Of a DNA stretch of 64,000 nt, positions 20,692-31,129 are shown piece by piece. Where the stretch lies: positions 6,692-70,691 of the forward strand of contig JAZSRR010000065.1 of the NCBI GenBank assembly GCA_045538605.1. Reading direction: 5' to 3'. Position 1 is the stretch's first letter. Each line of letters opens with the position of its first letter. The notes below the pieces were generated by a model, which did no database searches, had not been told where the DNA came from, and saw only the letters and a program-made list of their open reading frames with translations. Position numbers and translations under genes: made by a program. The stretch comes from Faecousia sp. Lineage in GTDB: Bacteria > Bacillota > Clostridia > Oscillospirales > Oscillospiraceae.

Positions 20692-21165
20692 TCATGTGAT
20701 AATGTCTACTAACTTAGCATTTGTTAAGCTTACAATTGCCTGATAGGGAAGGAGCATCTGATGACCACGTTCTCCGGCAGATACAGAAATTTCGTCCCAT
20801 AGTTGACAAGTTTCGTCCAGATAAGTAGGATACTTCTTTTTCATTCCAATCGGACTGCATCCACCGCGGATGTATCCTGTAACAGGTAGTAATTCCTTGG
20901 TCGGCAACATTTCAATTTTCTTATCGCCGGAGGCCTTTGCTGCCAGTTTTAAGTCCAATTCGCAACACACAGGAATACAGAATATAACGATTCCAGATTG
21001 GTTGCCTCTGGCGACCAGCGTTTTAAAAACCTGCTCCGGCGGCAGCCCAATGGCTTTCGCCGCAAGATTACCGTTTAGATTTTCTTCGTCATACTCATAA
21101 AGAAATTCCCGACAAGGAAAGCCAGCTTGTTGAACCAGTCTTACAGCATTTGTTTTTCCGCTCAC
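20692..21165 (-). CDS. ybaK: Cys-tRNA(Pro) deacylase YbaK
   Basis: KTNA.R, VFKTLV, TGYIRGGCSPIG, SAG.RG. Confidence 0.9.
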   Translation of the reverse strand: MSGKTNAVRLVQQAGFPCREFLYEYDEENLNGNLAAKAIGLPPEQVFKTLVARGNQSGIVIFCIPVCCELDLKLAAKASGDKKIEMLPTKELLPVTGYIRGGCSPIGMKKKYPTYLDETCQLWDEISVSAGERGHQMLLPYQAIVSLTNAKLVDIIT

Positions 21166-21263
21166 TTAGATCACCTTATGTATTATACGATAAACAGACC
21201 GTCTTGACAAGAGTGAATTGTTTGCGCGTATTGGGTTAGGATATATTTGGAGGATGATAATTT

Positions 21264-21959
21264 ATGAATGATAAAAATACTTCTGAAATAAAAAAGGACG
21301 ATTTAGAGCAAGTTATTGAACTAGGTTCCGATATTACCAAAAGTGAGCAAGGGAATATATACACCTTGACCATTATTGGCCAAGTGGAGGGACACCAGGT
21401 CTTGCCGGAAACAGCAAAAACAACGAAATATGAACACGTTTTACCACTTCTTGCCGGCATTGAAGAAAGCGATGAAATTGATGGGCTTCTTTTGCTTTTG
21501 AACACCGTTGGCGGGGATATCGAGGCGGGTCTTGCAATTGCTGAAATGATTGCCGGAATGAGAAAACCGACTGTATCTCTGGTGTTAGGAGGAGGACACT
21601 CAATTGGTATTCCTCTTGCCGTTTGTACGAAAAAATCCTTTATTACACCCACTGCCAGTATGACTGTTCATCCGGTGAGAATGACCGGCTTGGTTGTTGG
21701 CGCACCGCAGACCTTTCGGTATTTTCAGCGCATACAGGAGCAAATTGCGGATTTCGTAACCGAGAACTCAAACATTTCCAAAAAACAATTTGAAAAATAT
21801 ATGATGGCGACAGGGGAAATGGCAACGGATGTAGGGACCATTCTTTATGGAAAAGAAGCTGTGGAATCCGGCTTGATTGATAAACTTGGCGGGTTAAGCG
21901 ATGCGCTTTCCTGTCTGCACAAAATGATAAAAGAAAATAAAGCAAAGCACCCTGTATAA
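21264..21959 (+). CDS. TepA-like ClpP-family protein
   Basis: IIGQVEGH, KTTKYEH, NTVGGDIEAGLAIAE, GGHSIG; upstream of spoIIIE as in Bacillus. Confidence 0.85.
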   Translation: MNDKNTSEIKKDDLEQVIELGSDITKSEQGNIYTLTIIGQVEGHQVLPETAKTTKYEHVLPLLAGIEESDEIDGLLLLLNTVGGDIEAGLAIAEMIAGMRKPTVSLVLGGGHSIGIPLAVCTKKSFITPTASMTVHPVRMTGLVVGAPQTFRYFQRIQEQIADFVTENSNISKKQFEKYMMATGEMATDVGTILYGKEAVESGLIDKLGGLSDALSCLHKMIKENKAKHPV

Positions 21960-22044
21960 ACGGGAAATATTTTCGTTACAGACTGGAAATTTGCTTAAAC
22001 ATGTGATAATATAGATTAAATTATGCAACAAGGAGGGGATAGGT

Positions 22045-22881
22045 ATGAATATGAACTGGCTTGCAAGTCTATTATATGGCTTGATATCCGGTTTTTCAGA
22101 GTTTCTACCGATCTCCTCCAAGGCACATCAAAATTTGTTTATGCTCCTAGCCGGAGCTGAGCAGGCAGACCCGGTCCGGGATCTTCTGGTACATATTGCA
22201 ATCATACTGTCGGTGTGTGTAACCTGCAGACCTATGCTGGAGCAGCTGCGCCGCGAACGAAGATATAAAAGCACATCACGTAACCAATATTCTTTTGCGA
22301 CTCGTTTTCAATTTGATCTTCGGCTTGTACGCAGTGCTGCTCTGCCGATGCTGGTAGTTTTGGTTGTGGCATCCTATATTTTTTCCTCAGCAAGTGGAAA
22401 TCTGCTTGCTATTTCTGGATTTTTACTTCTGAATGGATTAATTGTCTTTATACCCGACAGAATGATTCAAGGAAACAAGGACTCCCGGCATATGACGCAA
22501 CTGGACGGCGTCTTTCTTGGCGTGCTTGCTGGATGTGGCGCAATCCCTGGCATTTCGGGAATTGGCTGCTTTACATCCGGTGCCATTACCCGGGGAGCAG
22601 ACAAGCAGCAAGCGGTCAGCTGGGCGCTTCTTTTAAGCATACCGGCACTTGCGTTGTTTGCCTGTATGGATATTTTGGGTTTGTTTTCCCAATGGCGGAG
22701 CATACCCTTCTGGAGCAGCTTTTTTACTTATCTGCTCTCGGCGGTAGGCGCCTATTTTGGTGGCTACGGTGGAATTTCACTTGCAAGAACACTCATTTCC
22801 CGAGTTGGCTTTACCGGATTTGCATATTACTGCTGGGGTGCATCCTTGTTGTCATTCCTGTTGTATCTGTTTGCAGTTTGA
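22045..22881 (+). CDS. Undecaprenyl-diphosphatase UppP/BacA-like (divergent)
   Basis: G.SEFLPISS..H motif and multi-TM profile; second motif is PGISGIG instead of PGxSRSG. Confidence 0.75.
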   Translation: MNMNWLASLLYGLISGFSEFLPISSKAHQNLFMLLAGAEQADPVRDLLVHIAIILSVCVTCRPMLEQLRRERRYKSTSRNQYSFATRFQFDLRLVRSAALPMLVVLVVASYIFSSASGNLLAISGFLLLNGLIVFIPDRMIQGNKDSRHMTQLDGVFLGVLAGCGAIPGISGIGCFTSGAITRGADKQQAVSWALLLSIPALALFACMDILGLFSQWRSIPFWSSFFTYLLSAVGAYFGGYGGISLARTLISRVGFTGFAYYCWGASLLSFLLYLFAV

Positions 22882-22891
22882 GGAGGTTATT

Positions 22892-25540
22892 ATGGCCGAT
22901 AAGATTCGTAAATCCCAGGCAGAATTAGCTGCTGCTAAGACAAAGAAGAAAAAGAAAGCATCAAGCGAAAAAGCAGCCAAATACAAGAAATCGGAATCGA
23001 AGGAAAAGAACAACACACAAGAGGTTCCGGTTCGTCTGATTAGTTCTGTTGGAATTGTATGCTTATTCATTTTGTTTCTGGTTGCCTTTTTCCTGCCCGA
23101 AGGCTATTTGATGGCCTTATTAAATGACTTCATACACGGACTGATTGGGCGTGTTGGCTTTGTGGTTGCGATTCCCGTGCTTTTATACCTCTTTGTCATT
23201 CACGCATTTAGCGGTAAACGTCCAATTCGTATGCGTACGATTACACTTTGCCTATTTGTAATTCTTTGCGGTTGTGTTGCTCATTTGATATTAGACGCTC
23301 AGGGGCTGCCTGGCGGGTTTTCTTTGGTAAAAGAATTATATCTTGGCGGAATCGACGGCAGCACCGGTGGCTTGATCTGTGGTGGCATTGCAGTGCTCTT
23401 CAAACTTCTGTGCGGTTCCGTTATCTCCTACATAATTCTGGTTGTTGGCGGCGTTTTGCTGCTTTTGAGCGGAATGCAGATTACAATTCCCAGTATTATC
23501 CGTGCCATTAAGAACCGTCCCAGACCGGAATTTGACGACGTTCCTGAGGAGCGGGAAGAGCCCGCCGTAGTTGTAGTAAACCATATTGCAAATAAGCGCA
23601 TTGCTTACTTGGAGCGTCGTCGCCAGGCGGCAGAGGAACCTAAGGTTGCTGAGGAACAGGAAATTACCATCCCCACAAATGAACCGTTAACTACTTCTTC
23701 CGGTGCTAATAAACTCAATGCCATTATGCAGCAAATTGACGGAGATGTCGAGGAACCGGTTACGGTCGCGAACACAGAGGGTGTAGTTGAACAGGCAGCT
23801 GATCATGAGATCATTCCTGTCTCCAGTAAAAAGGAAACCATTCCGGTGCAAATGCCTCCGTTAGCTACGGATGAAGAACCTGTAGATTTGCCTACAGCTG
23901 AGCAAAAGGCTACTGCAGCAAAGGAAACTGTTTCAGCTAAGGATGCAGAAGAGTCTGCAACAAAGGTTGCGATAGAAATTGCTCAGGCAGAAGAAAAGGC
24001 GCTCCCTGCTTATTCCTTTCCGCCAATTGATCTATTGAGGATTCCTTCCGGCGGTGCCGCAGATGGAACGATGGAAATGCGTGAAAATTCCCGCCGTCTG
24101 AACGAAACCCTTGCAAGCTTCAAGATTGAAGCGCATATCATCAATGTTACCAGAGGTCCAAGTGTAACCCGGTATGAGGTTGAGTTGGAGAAGGGTGTTC
24201 GACTTAGTAAGCTTACTTCCGCAGCAGACGATATCGCCCTTAGTCTTGGTGCAACCGGTGTACGCATTGCTGCAGTCCCTGGCAAAATCTCTGTGGTCGG
24301 TATTGAAGTACCCAATCGTGCCGTAACCACTGTATCTCTTCGGGAGGTGATCGATTCTCCGGAATTTACCAAAGCAAAATCCAAATCCTCCTTTGCTGTT
24401 GGCAAGGATATCGGTGGAAGCTGTATTGTTGGAAATATTTCCAGACTGCCCCATATGTTGATTGCCGGTACCACCGGTTCCGGCAAATCTGTCTGCATGA
24501 ATTCCATTATTATCTCCATTCTCTATAAGGCAAGCCCCGAGGATGTAAAGCTCATTATGATCGACCCCAAAATGGTTGAATTGGGTATTTATAACAGTAT
24601 TCCGCACTTGTTAATTCCGGTTGTTACCGATCCAAAGAAGGCTGCCGGTTCTTTGCAATGGGCTGTTACGGAAATGATGCGCCGGTATAAAGCAATGTCC
24701 GATGTTGGCGTCCGGGACTTGGAGTCTTATAACAGTATTGTAGAAAACCAGGAAACGGACGGTAAGAAAATTCCGCAAATCGTAGTAATTATTGATGAGT
24801 TGGCGGACTTGATGCTGGTTGCGGCGAAGGAGGTAGAAGAATCTATTTGCCGAATTGCCCAAATGGGTCGTGCTGCAGGCATCCACCTGGTGATTGCTAC
24901 ACAAAGGCCGTCTGCCGATGTTATTACCGGTTTGATGAAAGCTAATATTCCTTCGAGAATTGCCTTTGCGGTTGCATCCGCTATGGAATCCCGTATCATT
25001 CTGGACACCCAAGGCGCAGAAAAATTGGTTGGCAAGGGCGATATGCTATATGCACCTATCGGCAACGGAAAACCCCGGCGCGTTCAGGGTTGCTTTGTCA
25101 GTGATGCTGAAGTAGAGGCGGTTGCAAATTATGTAAAATCTAACTTCAATACCGATTATGACCACCATGTTATGGATGAGATCGAGAAGAAGGCATTGCA
25201 AGCAGAAACCAATAAATCCCAGCCTTCTAACACCGAGGCCTCTGCAGATGAATTATCTGGCGACGAAATGCTTCCTGCAGCCGTTGATATTATTCTGGAA
25301 ACCGGACAAGCTTCGGTCTCAATGCTCCAGCGCAGGTTGAAGCTCGGCTATGCCCGTGCGGCCAGAATTGTGGACGAAATGGAAGAAAAAGGAATTGTCG
25401 GTCCATTTGCCGGTAGTAAACCGCGAGCTATATTAGTTACCAAGGAACAGTGGGCCGTTATGAGAAACGGTGGCAGTGATCATGTGGAGTTGGATGAAGC
25501 CTTTGCTGACGATGTTCCGTATTCGGATATAACAGAATAA
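22892..25540 (+). CDS. ftsK: DNA translocase FtsK/SpoIIIE
   Basis: N-terminal TMs, AGTTGSGKS, IDELADLM, ATQRPS, gamma domain SMLQRRLKLGYARAAR; start after GGAGG. Confidence 0.96.
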   Translation: MADKIRKSQAELAAAKTKKKKKASSEKAAKYKKSESKEKNNTQEVPVRLISSVGIVCLFILFLVAFFLPEGYLMALLNDFIHGLIGRVGFVVAIPVLLYLFVIHAFSGKRPIRMRTITLCLFVILCGCVAHLILDAQGLPGGFSLVKELYLGGIDGSTGGLICGGIAVLFKLLCGSVISYIILVVGGVLLLLSGMQITIPSIIRAIKNRPRPEFDDVPEEREEPAVVVVNHIANKRIAYLERRRQAAEEPKVAEEQEITIPTNEPLTTSSGANKLNAIMQQIDGDVEEPVTVANTEGVVEQAADHEIIPVSSKKETIPVQMPPLATDEEPVDLPTAEQKATAAKETVSAKDAEESATKVAIEIAQAEEKALPAYSFPPIDLLRIPSGGAADGTMEMRENSRRLNETLASFKIEAHIINVTRGPSVTRYEVELEKGVRLSKLTSAADDIALSLGATGVRIAAVPGKISVVGIEVPNRAVTTVSLREVIDSPEFTKAKSKSSFAVGKDIGGSCIVGNISRLPHMLIAGTTGSGKSVCMNSIIISILYKASPEDVKLIMIDPKMVELGIYNSIPHLLIPVVTDPKKAAGSLQWAVTEMMRRYKAMSDVGVRDLESYNSIVENQETDGKKIPQIVVIIDELADLMLVAAKEVEESICRIAQMGRAAGIHLVIATQRPSADVITGLMKANIPSRIAFAVASAMESRIILDTQGAEKLVGKGDMLYAPIGNGKPRRVQGCFVSDAEVEAVANYVKSNFNTDYDHHVMDEIEKKALQAETNKSQPSNTEASADELSGDEMLPAAVDIILETGQASVSMLQRRLKLGYARAARIVDEMEEKGIVGPFAGSKPRAILVTKEQWAVMRNGGSDHVELDEAFADDVPYSDITE

Positions 25541-25586
25541 ACTACACGGTTTTGAGCCGACAGCATTTGCTGTCGGCTCTTTATTT

Positions 25587-25614
25587 GCATACAGATCTAT
25601 TTTAAGCATAAGCT
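25587..25614 (+). promoter_or_regulatory. Putative sigmaE promoter of spoIIIA
   Basis: gcATAcag...CATAagcT resembles the sigmaE consensus; spoIIIA is sigmaE-controlled in model spore formers. Confidence 0.45.
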
Positions 25615-25632
25615 TGAGTGGGAGTGATGCAA

Positions 25633-26481
25633 ATGCAATGTGCCTGGCAAGCTTTTTTGAATTTGCTACCCGTTCGGATGCGGCGGCAAGTGGACAGGCA
25701 GGGAAGAGATAGTTTACTGGAATTACGCCTGCGATTGGGTAGACCCCCTCAGCTTCGATGTATAAAAGAGAATTCTGATTTGAACGACCTTGTTAGTGTG
25801 GACGATTTGCAATTTTGTATCAATGTTACATCCCGGTACTCGCCATGGTCAGCCGACACAATTGGACAAGGCTACATTACCGCACCGGGCGGTCATCGTG
25901 TAGGCATCTGCGGTGAAGCTGTTGTATCAAATGGCGTAATGCGCGGTATTCGAAACCCGACATCTGTTTCTATACGGGTCAGCCGGGATTTCCCGGGGTT
26001 TGCTGCCAACACAGCACTATACAGCGGGTCAGTTTTAATAATTGGCAGTCCCGGTTCCGGAAAAACAACCTTGTTGCGGGATTTAATACGACGACGCTCA
26101 GACCTTTCTGGTGAGATGCTTTGCGTTGTAGACGAAAAAGAAGAAATTTTTCCGCTTTCACAGGGGCTTTTTTGCTTTGAACCTGGGAAAAACACGGATA
26201 TTCTTAGCGGTTGCGGAAAATCCCAGGGGATTATGATCGCGTTGCGCAATATGGGCCCGGATGTTATTGCGGTTGATGAAATAACAGCAGCGCAGGATTG
26301 TGAAGCCTTGTTGCATTCCGCGTGGTGTGGTGTGAGCCTACTGGCAACTGCTCACGCGGGCGATCGGGAGGATTTATTTCATAGACCAATCTATAAGTCC
26401 ATCCTCGATAGTAAATTGTTTGATACCTTGGTAATCGTACATAAGGACAAGTCCTATCAAATAGAAAGGATGTTTGTATGA
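25633..26481 (+). CDS. spoIIIAA: Stage III sporulation protein AA
   Basis: ELRLR, GYIT.PGGHRVG, GSPGSGKTTLLRD, VDEI, ATAH. Confidence 0.92.
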   Translation: MQCAWQAFLNLLPVRMRRQVDRQGRDSLLELRLRLGRPPQLRCIKENSDLNDLVSVDDLQFCINVTSRYSPWSADTIGQGYITAPGGHRVGICGEAVVSNGVMRGIRNPTSVSIRVSRDFPGFAANTALYSGSVLIIGSPGSGKTTLLRDLIRRRSDLSGEMLCVVDEKEEIFPLSQGLFCFEPGKNTDILSGCGKSQGIMIALRNMGPDVIAVDEITAAQDCEALLHSAWCGVSLLATAHAGDREDLFHRPIYKSILDSKLFDTLVIVHKDKSYQIERMFV

Positions 26482-26990
26482 CAATTAAGATTATTGGCGC
26501 TGTTTTGGTAATTTTTGGTTGCGGCAGTTTTGGTTTCCTCTTAGCTGCCGCCCACAGACGGAAGGTTCGCTTATTAACGGAAATATTATCCGCAATTGAA
26601 TTTATGGAATGTGAAATCCAATATAAGCTAACACCGCTTCCTGACCTAAGTCGATTAACGGCAGTTACATGTAAGAGTGTTCTTAAAAATATATTCATAT
26701 CCTTTGCGGAGGAATTAGACAACCAGATATCTCCGGATGTGTCAAAATGTATGCGTGCGGCAATTGCCAGTTTTCCGGATATTCCAGAACCAGCAAAAGC
26801 GATCCTCCATTATCTCGGTTCTGCTCTTGGACAGTTTGATTTAGAAGGGCAATTAAAGGGGTTGCATGCAGTGAAAGCGCAGTGTAAAAACGATTTACAA
26901 TCCCTCATAAAAAATCAGGATGTACGAATACGAAATTATCAGACGCTGGGACTTTGCGCCGGTGCAGCTATGGTGATATTGTTTATTTAA
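26478..26990 (+). CDS. spoIIIAB: Stage III sporulation protein AB
   Basis: Operon position; KIIGA, EI.Y..TPL, LG...G...IL. Confidence 0.85.
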   Translation: MTIKIIGAVLVIFGCGSFGFLLAAAHRRKVRLLTEILSAIEFMECEIQYKLTPLPDLSRLTAVTCKSVLKNIFISFAEELDNQISPDVSKCMRAAIASFPDIPEPAKAILHYLGSALGQFDLEGQLKGLHAVKAQCKNDLQSLIKNQDVRIRNYQTLGLCAGAAMVILFI

Positions 26991-26991
26991 T

Positions 26992-27186
26992 ATGGATATT
27001 GACTTAATTTTTAAGATTGCAGCGATCGGGATCATTACATCCATTTTGAATCAGGTACTCTCCCGCACCGGAAGGGAGGAGCAGGCTACTATGACAACCC
27101 TTGCAGGACTGGTGGTTGTTCTGATGATCCTGGCGCAAAAAATATCGGACTTATTTCAGCTTGTAAAAGATTTGTTTCAGTTCTGA
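26992..27186 (+). CDS. spoIIIAC: Stage III sporulation protein AC
   Basis: MDIDLIFKIAAIG...GREEQA...TLAG. Confidence 0.93.
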   Translation: MDIDLIFKIAAIGIITSILNQVLSRTGREEQATMTTLAGLVVVLMILAQKISDLFQLVKDLFQF

Positions 27187-27581
27187 TGGATACATTCTTG
27201 AAAACAACAGGCGGCGTATTGATCGCCTTAGTATTCTATTTAATTCTTCTGAAGCAGAGTAAGGACATATCCTTACTTCTAACGGTTCTGGCTTGCTGCA
27301 CGGTGTCGGCAGTCGCATTTGGGTACCTGAAGCCGGTATTTGACTTCTTCACGAAATTGGAAAGTATCGCAAATGTGGACAGGCAAATGCTGACAGTCAT
27401 TATGAAAGCGGTTGGTGTGGGATTATTGTCTGAAATTGTCTCGCTGATGTGTACAGATTCCGGCAATGCTTCCCTTGGTAAGATCGTGCAGATTTTAGCC
27501 TCTTGTGTCATACTTTGGTTGAGCATCCCCTTGTTTACAAGACTCATAGAACTGGTGGAAGAAATTTTGGTGGCGATATGA
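27186..27581 (+). CDS. spoIIIAD: Stage III sporulation protein AD
   Basis: Operon position; C.DSG..SL..IV motif. Confidence 0.87.
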   Translation: MDTFLKTTGGVLIALVFYLILLKQSKDISLLLTVLACCTVSAVAFGYLKPVFDFFTKLESIANVDRQMLTVIMKAVGVGLLSEIVSLMCTDSGNASLGKIVQILASCVILWLSIPLFTRLIELVEEILVAI

Positions 27582-28618
27582 GAAAAATTTGCATTGTTTT
27601 GATTATTCTAATTTTATGCGTACCGACTGTTCACGCAATGGAGTTCACGGCACCGGATGCACCTGACGCTGTCCAGGATATGCTGCCAAGAGAGGCAACG
27701 ACCTTTGGGCAGGATTTGTGGTATGTTGTTAAAAAAGCCTTTGCAGAAATTGCTCCAAATTTGGTTGAATCCAGCGGCATATGCGTTTGTTTGGTCGGTA
27801 TTCTCTTTCTGTCATCTATTTTACAGAGTTTTAACGGAATTGCGCAAAAAACAGTTGAATTGGCAACTACAATTTGCATTGCTATAACGCTGCTTTTGCC
27901 AACCCGTTCATTTATTAAACTCGGCATCGATACCGTTCAGCAGCTCAGTGAATACGGAAAGCTTTTACTTCCGGTTATGACAGGCGCTATGGCGGCACAA
28001 GGGGGTGTTGGAACTGCTGCAGGTTTGTACACCGGTACTGTGATTTTTAACACAATACTTTCTTCAGGCATTTCTAAATTGCTGATCCCTATGATTTATA
28101 TATACATCTGTCTGTCTGTAGCAGGCAGCGCTCTTGGAGAAGAAATGCTCCATAATCTGCGGGATTTTGTTAAATGGCTGATGACCTGGTGCCTGAAAAT
28201 TCTAATGTATCTGTTTACCGGTTACATTAGCATTACCGGTGTGATCAGCGGTACGGTTGACGCGGCATCTGTCAAAGCAGCAAAACTTGCTTTGTCCGGT
28301 TTTGTTCCGGTTGTCGGCAGCGTAATATCCGATGCTTCAGAAACTATTCTGATCAGTGCCGGCATTATGAAAAATACTGCCGGTATTTACGGGTTGTTAG
28401 TCTTGCTTGCGATGCTTATCATTCCATTTGTCCAAATCGGTGTTCAATATCTGCTCCTAAGGCTATGCGGAGCCTTTAGCAGCGTTTTTGGTTGCAAGAC
28501 ACCTGTAAAATTGATCGATAATTTTGCCTCTGTGCTGGGCTTTTTGTTAGCAATGACCGGTTGCGTTTGTTTACTGCATATGGTCAGCACAGTTTGCCTG
28601 ATGAAGGGAGTAAGCTGA
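27578..28618 (+). CDS. spoIIIAE: Stage III sporulation protein AE
   Basis: Multi-TM, FVPVVG..ISDA, KN..GI.G. Confidence 0.88.
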   Translation: MRKICIVLIILILCVPTVHAMEFTAPDAPDAVQDMLPREATTFGQDLWYVVKKAFAEIAPNLVESSGICVCLVGILFLSSILQSFNGIAQKTVELATTICIAITLLLPTRSFIKLGIDTVQQLSEYGKLLLPVMTGAMAAQGGVGTAAGLYTGTVIFNTILSSGISKLLIPMIYIYICLSVAGSALGEEMLHNLRDFVKWLMTWCLKILMYLFTGYISITGVISGTVDAASVKAAKLALSGFVPVVGSVISDASETILISAGIMKNTAGIYGLLVLLAMLIIPFVQIGVQYLLLRLCGAFSSVFGCKTPVKLIDNFASVLGFLLAMTGCVCLLHMVSTVCLMKGVS

Positions 28619-29091
28619 TGGAAGCTATTCGGCAATATCTGATCAGCATCATCGTTACCTCTGTGATAATCCGCATTCTATGTGTATTCTTTGATAACAA
28701 AGGGATGATTGGTACCGTAATTCGGCTGCTTGGTGGAATTATTCTGGTCTTTACACTTTTATCGCCGTTGACGAAATTCCAACTGGATAGTTGGCAAAAT
28801 TTCTATAATGATATTTCTTCCGAAGCATCTGCCGCTGTGTCTTGGGGTCAGGAGATAGGGTCAAATGCAGCTGCTGCAATCATAAAAGAGGAATTAGAAA
28901 CATATATTCAGGACAAAGCATCTGCAATGCAGTTGCAGGTTGATATTCAGTTAGAACTGTCAGAAACATATCCGCAGATACCACAAGCGGTAACAATCGA
29001 GGGCGCAGTATCTCCCTATGGAAAAAGACTTCTAGCACAATTTCTTTCAGAGAACATCGGTATCCCGGAGGAAAACCAGATATGGAATTAA
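28618..29091 (+). CDS. spoIIIAF: Stage III sporulation protein AF
   Basis: Operon position, two N-terminal TMs. Confidence 0.75.
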   Translation: MEAIRQYLISIIVTSVIIRILCVFFDNKGMIGTVIRLLGGIILVFTLLSPLTKFQLDSWQNFYNDISSEASAAVSWGQEIGSNAAAAIIKEELETYIQDKASAMQLQVDIQLELSETYPQIPQAVTIEGAVSPYGKRLLAQFLSENIGIPEENQIWN

Positions 29092-29591
29092 AGAACATAT
29101 TCCAAAAGATGCTTTTCGTACTAAAAAAATACCGTTATGCGGTTTTGATATTTCTGATTGGGGTCTTGTTAATGATGATCCCCACAGGACAGAAAAAGAT
29201 AGTGGAAGAGGAAACGAAAGCAACTGTGGCACTTCCAACAGAATATAATCTGGAAGAAAGGCTGCAAAAGATTTTAAGTTCTGTTTCTGGGGCAGGGGAG
29301 GTGCAGGTGATATTAACAATTTCTGCCGGGGAAGAAATTTTGTATCAGACAAACGAGGATAGGACCGAAGCAGAAAAAGATTCATCGGTCCGATGGGACA
29401 CAGTCATTATTGAGAACGGACAAAGAGCAGAGACCGGTTTGGTGAAACAAGTGATTCCGGCAGAATATCAAGGAGCGATCATTGTTTGTCAGGGCGCGGA
29501 GGATCCAAAAGTTCGTTTGGCAATCGTTGACGCAGTATCTAAGCTTACAGGATTAGGCGCAAATTGTATTTCCGTACTTAAAATGAAGTGA
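29082..29591 (+). CDS. spoIIIAG: Stage III sporulation protein AG
   Basis: LE.RL..IL..V.GAG.V.V, GAIIVCQGA..P.V. Confidence 0.88.
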   Translation: MELKNIFQKMLFVLKKYRYAVLIFLIGVLLMMIPTGQKKIVEEETKATVALPTEYNLEERLQKILSSVSGAGEVQVILTISAGEEILYQTNEDRTEAEKDSSVRWDTVIIENGQRAETGLVKQVIPAEYQGAIIVCQGAEDPKVRLAIVDAVSKLTGLGANCISVLKMK

Positions 29592-29604
29592 ATGGAGGCT
29601 TTTT

Positions 29605-30159
29605 ATGAAAACCTGGAAGAAAAACATCGTAGCAGCCGGCGTGCTGGTAACGGTATGCGCAGGAATTTATGTGAATTGGCTATACACGGAGGATCAGGCT
29701 ACGGCAAATTTAACCGACACATTGAACGCAGATAAGATTATGTCCGCCGATATGTTGGTGATGAACGATGGCAGCACGCTGTCTGTAAGCACAGACGAGA
29801 ACACTAATACCGTAACGGATTATTTCGCTGCCGTTCGTTTATCCCGTCAGGAAGCAAGAGACAGCGCCGTAGGCCTGCTTCAGGAAGCAATGGCATACAG
29901 CGACGATGATAATTCTCAAAAAACAAATGCTGAGCTGGAGAAGCTGGTACAGGTAGCATTATGTGAAGCGCAAATCGAAAGTCTTGTTATCGCTAAGGGA
30001 TATACTGATTGCGTTGCCTACATCAGCGACGCGGGAATTTCTGTTGCTGTTGCCGCCCCGGAGGGTGGATTGAAGGAAACGGATGTTGCAGTTATTGCCG
30101 ATATCGTTATGACTCAATCGGAATACACGATGGAAGATATCCGGGTCGTTCAGGTGTAA
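29605..30159 (+). CDS. spoIIIAH: Stage III sporulation protein AH
   Basis: DYFA..RL.R...R, E.L..AKGY.D.V. Confidence 0.85.
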   Translation: MKTWKKNIVAAGVLVTVCAGIYVNWLYTEDQATANLTDTLNADKIMSADMLVMNDGSTLSVSTDENTNTVTDYFAAVRLSRQEARDSAVGLLQEAMAYSDDDNSQKTNAELEKLVQVALCEAQIESLVIAKGYTDCVAYISDAGISVAVAAPEGGLKETDVAVIADIVMTQSEYTMEDIRVVQV

Positions 30160-30296
30160 GGTAAATACCCCAAGGACAAAGTCTTTGGGGTATTTTTGCA
30201 TCCATACAGAAAACAGTTGTATTTTTTTGGATTTGTGTTACAATAACAAAAGGAATATCCACATTTAGTGTGGCAGATATTTAGGAGGTAATCCCT

Positions 30297-30665
30297 ATGG
30301 CTGAAAATAAACAGTATATTTCTCAGGTCCAGGAAAAGGGCAATGTTTTCATTTCGGAAGATGTTATTGCGTCAATCGTTTCCAACGCTGTAAATGATGT
30401 TGAAGGCACCGTTGGCCTGAGTGTGAAGCCCGGCGCAGATATTGCGGATATGATCGGTAAGAAGAACTGGGGCAAGGGAATGAAAATTTCCATTGCAGAT
30501 AATGATCAGATCACTATTGATTGCAATGTGAATGTCGGATACGGCCAGAACGTGGTATCGGTTGCCAAGGCTGTTCAGGATGCGGTTACTGCTGCTGTGG
30601 AATCTACCGCAGGCGTGAAGGTTGCCTCCGTTAATGTAAATGTTTGTGGCATTATTCGCCAATAA
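30297..30665 (+). CDS. Asp23/Gls24 family protein
   Basis: G.V.ISEDVIA.I, KG.KI, V.V.YG, VNVNV. Confidence 0.9.
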   Translation: MAENKQYISQVQEKGNVFISEDVIASIVSNAVNDVEGTVGLSVKPGADIADMIGKKNWGKGMKISIADNDQITIDCNVNVGYGQNVVSVAKAVQDAVTAAVESTAGVKVASVNVNVCGIIRQ

Positions 30666-30674
30666 GGAGCTTCG

Positions 30675-31127
30675 ATGACTAGAGCAAACGCCAGAGAACT
30701 GGCAGTACATTTGATTTACAGTCGTGATTTTACCGGTGATGAGCCCAAAGAAATTATTTCTATGAGGCTTGATAAAGACTACTATGCTTTGCTTGCTGAC
30801 GAAAACGATATATATACGCAGACGCCTTCCGGCAAACAGGTAGCATATCTTGACTGCGTTGTTTCCGGAGTCGCAAGCCGCCTGGATGAGCTCAACACGC
30901 ACATACAGAATTATTCCATCGGTTGGGATATTAATCGTATTTCAAAGCTCACACGCGCAATTATGCAACTGGCGATTTTTGAGATACTTTACATTGAAGA
31001 TGTGCCGACAGGTGTCGCAATTTCTGAAGCCGTTCGCATTGCCAAAATGTATGACGGTGATGACACCGGCGCATTTGTCAACGGTATTCTTGGAGCTTTC
31101 GCCAGAGGAAATCATACTGAGGAGTAA
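30675..31127 (+). CDS. nusB: Transcription antitermination factor NusB
   Basis: R..ARE.A, W...RI, VAISEAV.IAK.Y, FVNGIL. Confidence 0.93.
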   Translation: MTRANARELAVHLIYSRDFTGDEPKEIISMRLDKDYYALLADENDIYTQTPSGKQVAYLDCVVSGVASRLDELNTHIQNYSIGWDINRISKLTRAIMQLAIFEILYIEDVPTGVAISEAVRIAKMYDGDDTGAFVNGILGAFARGNHTEE

Positions 31128-31129
31128 TT

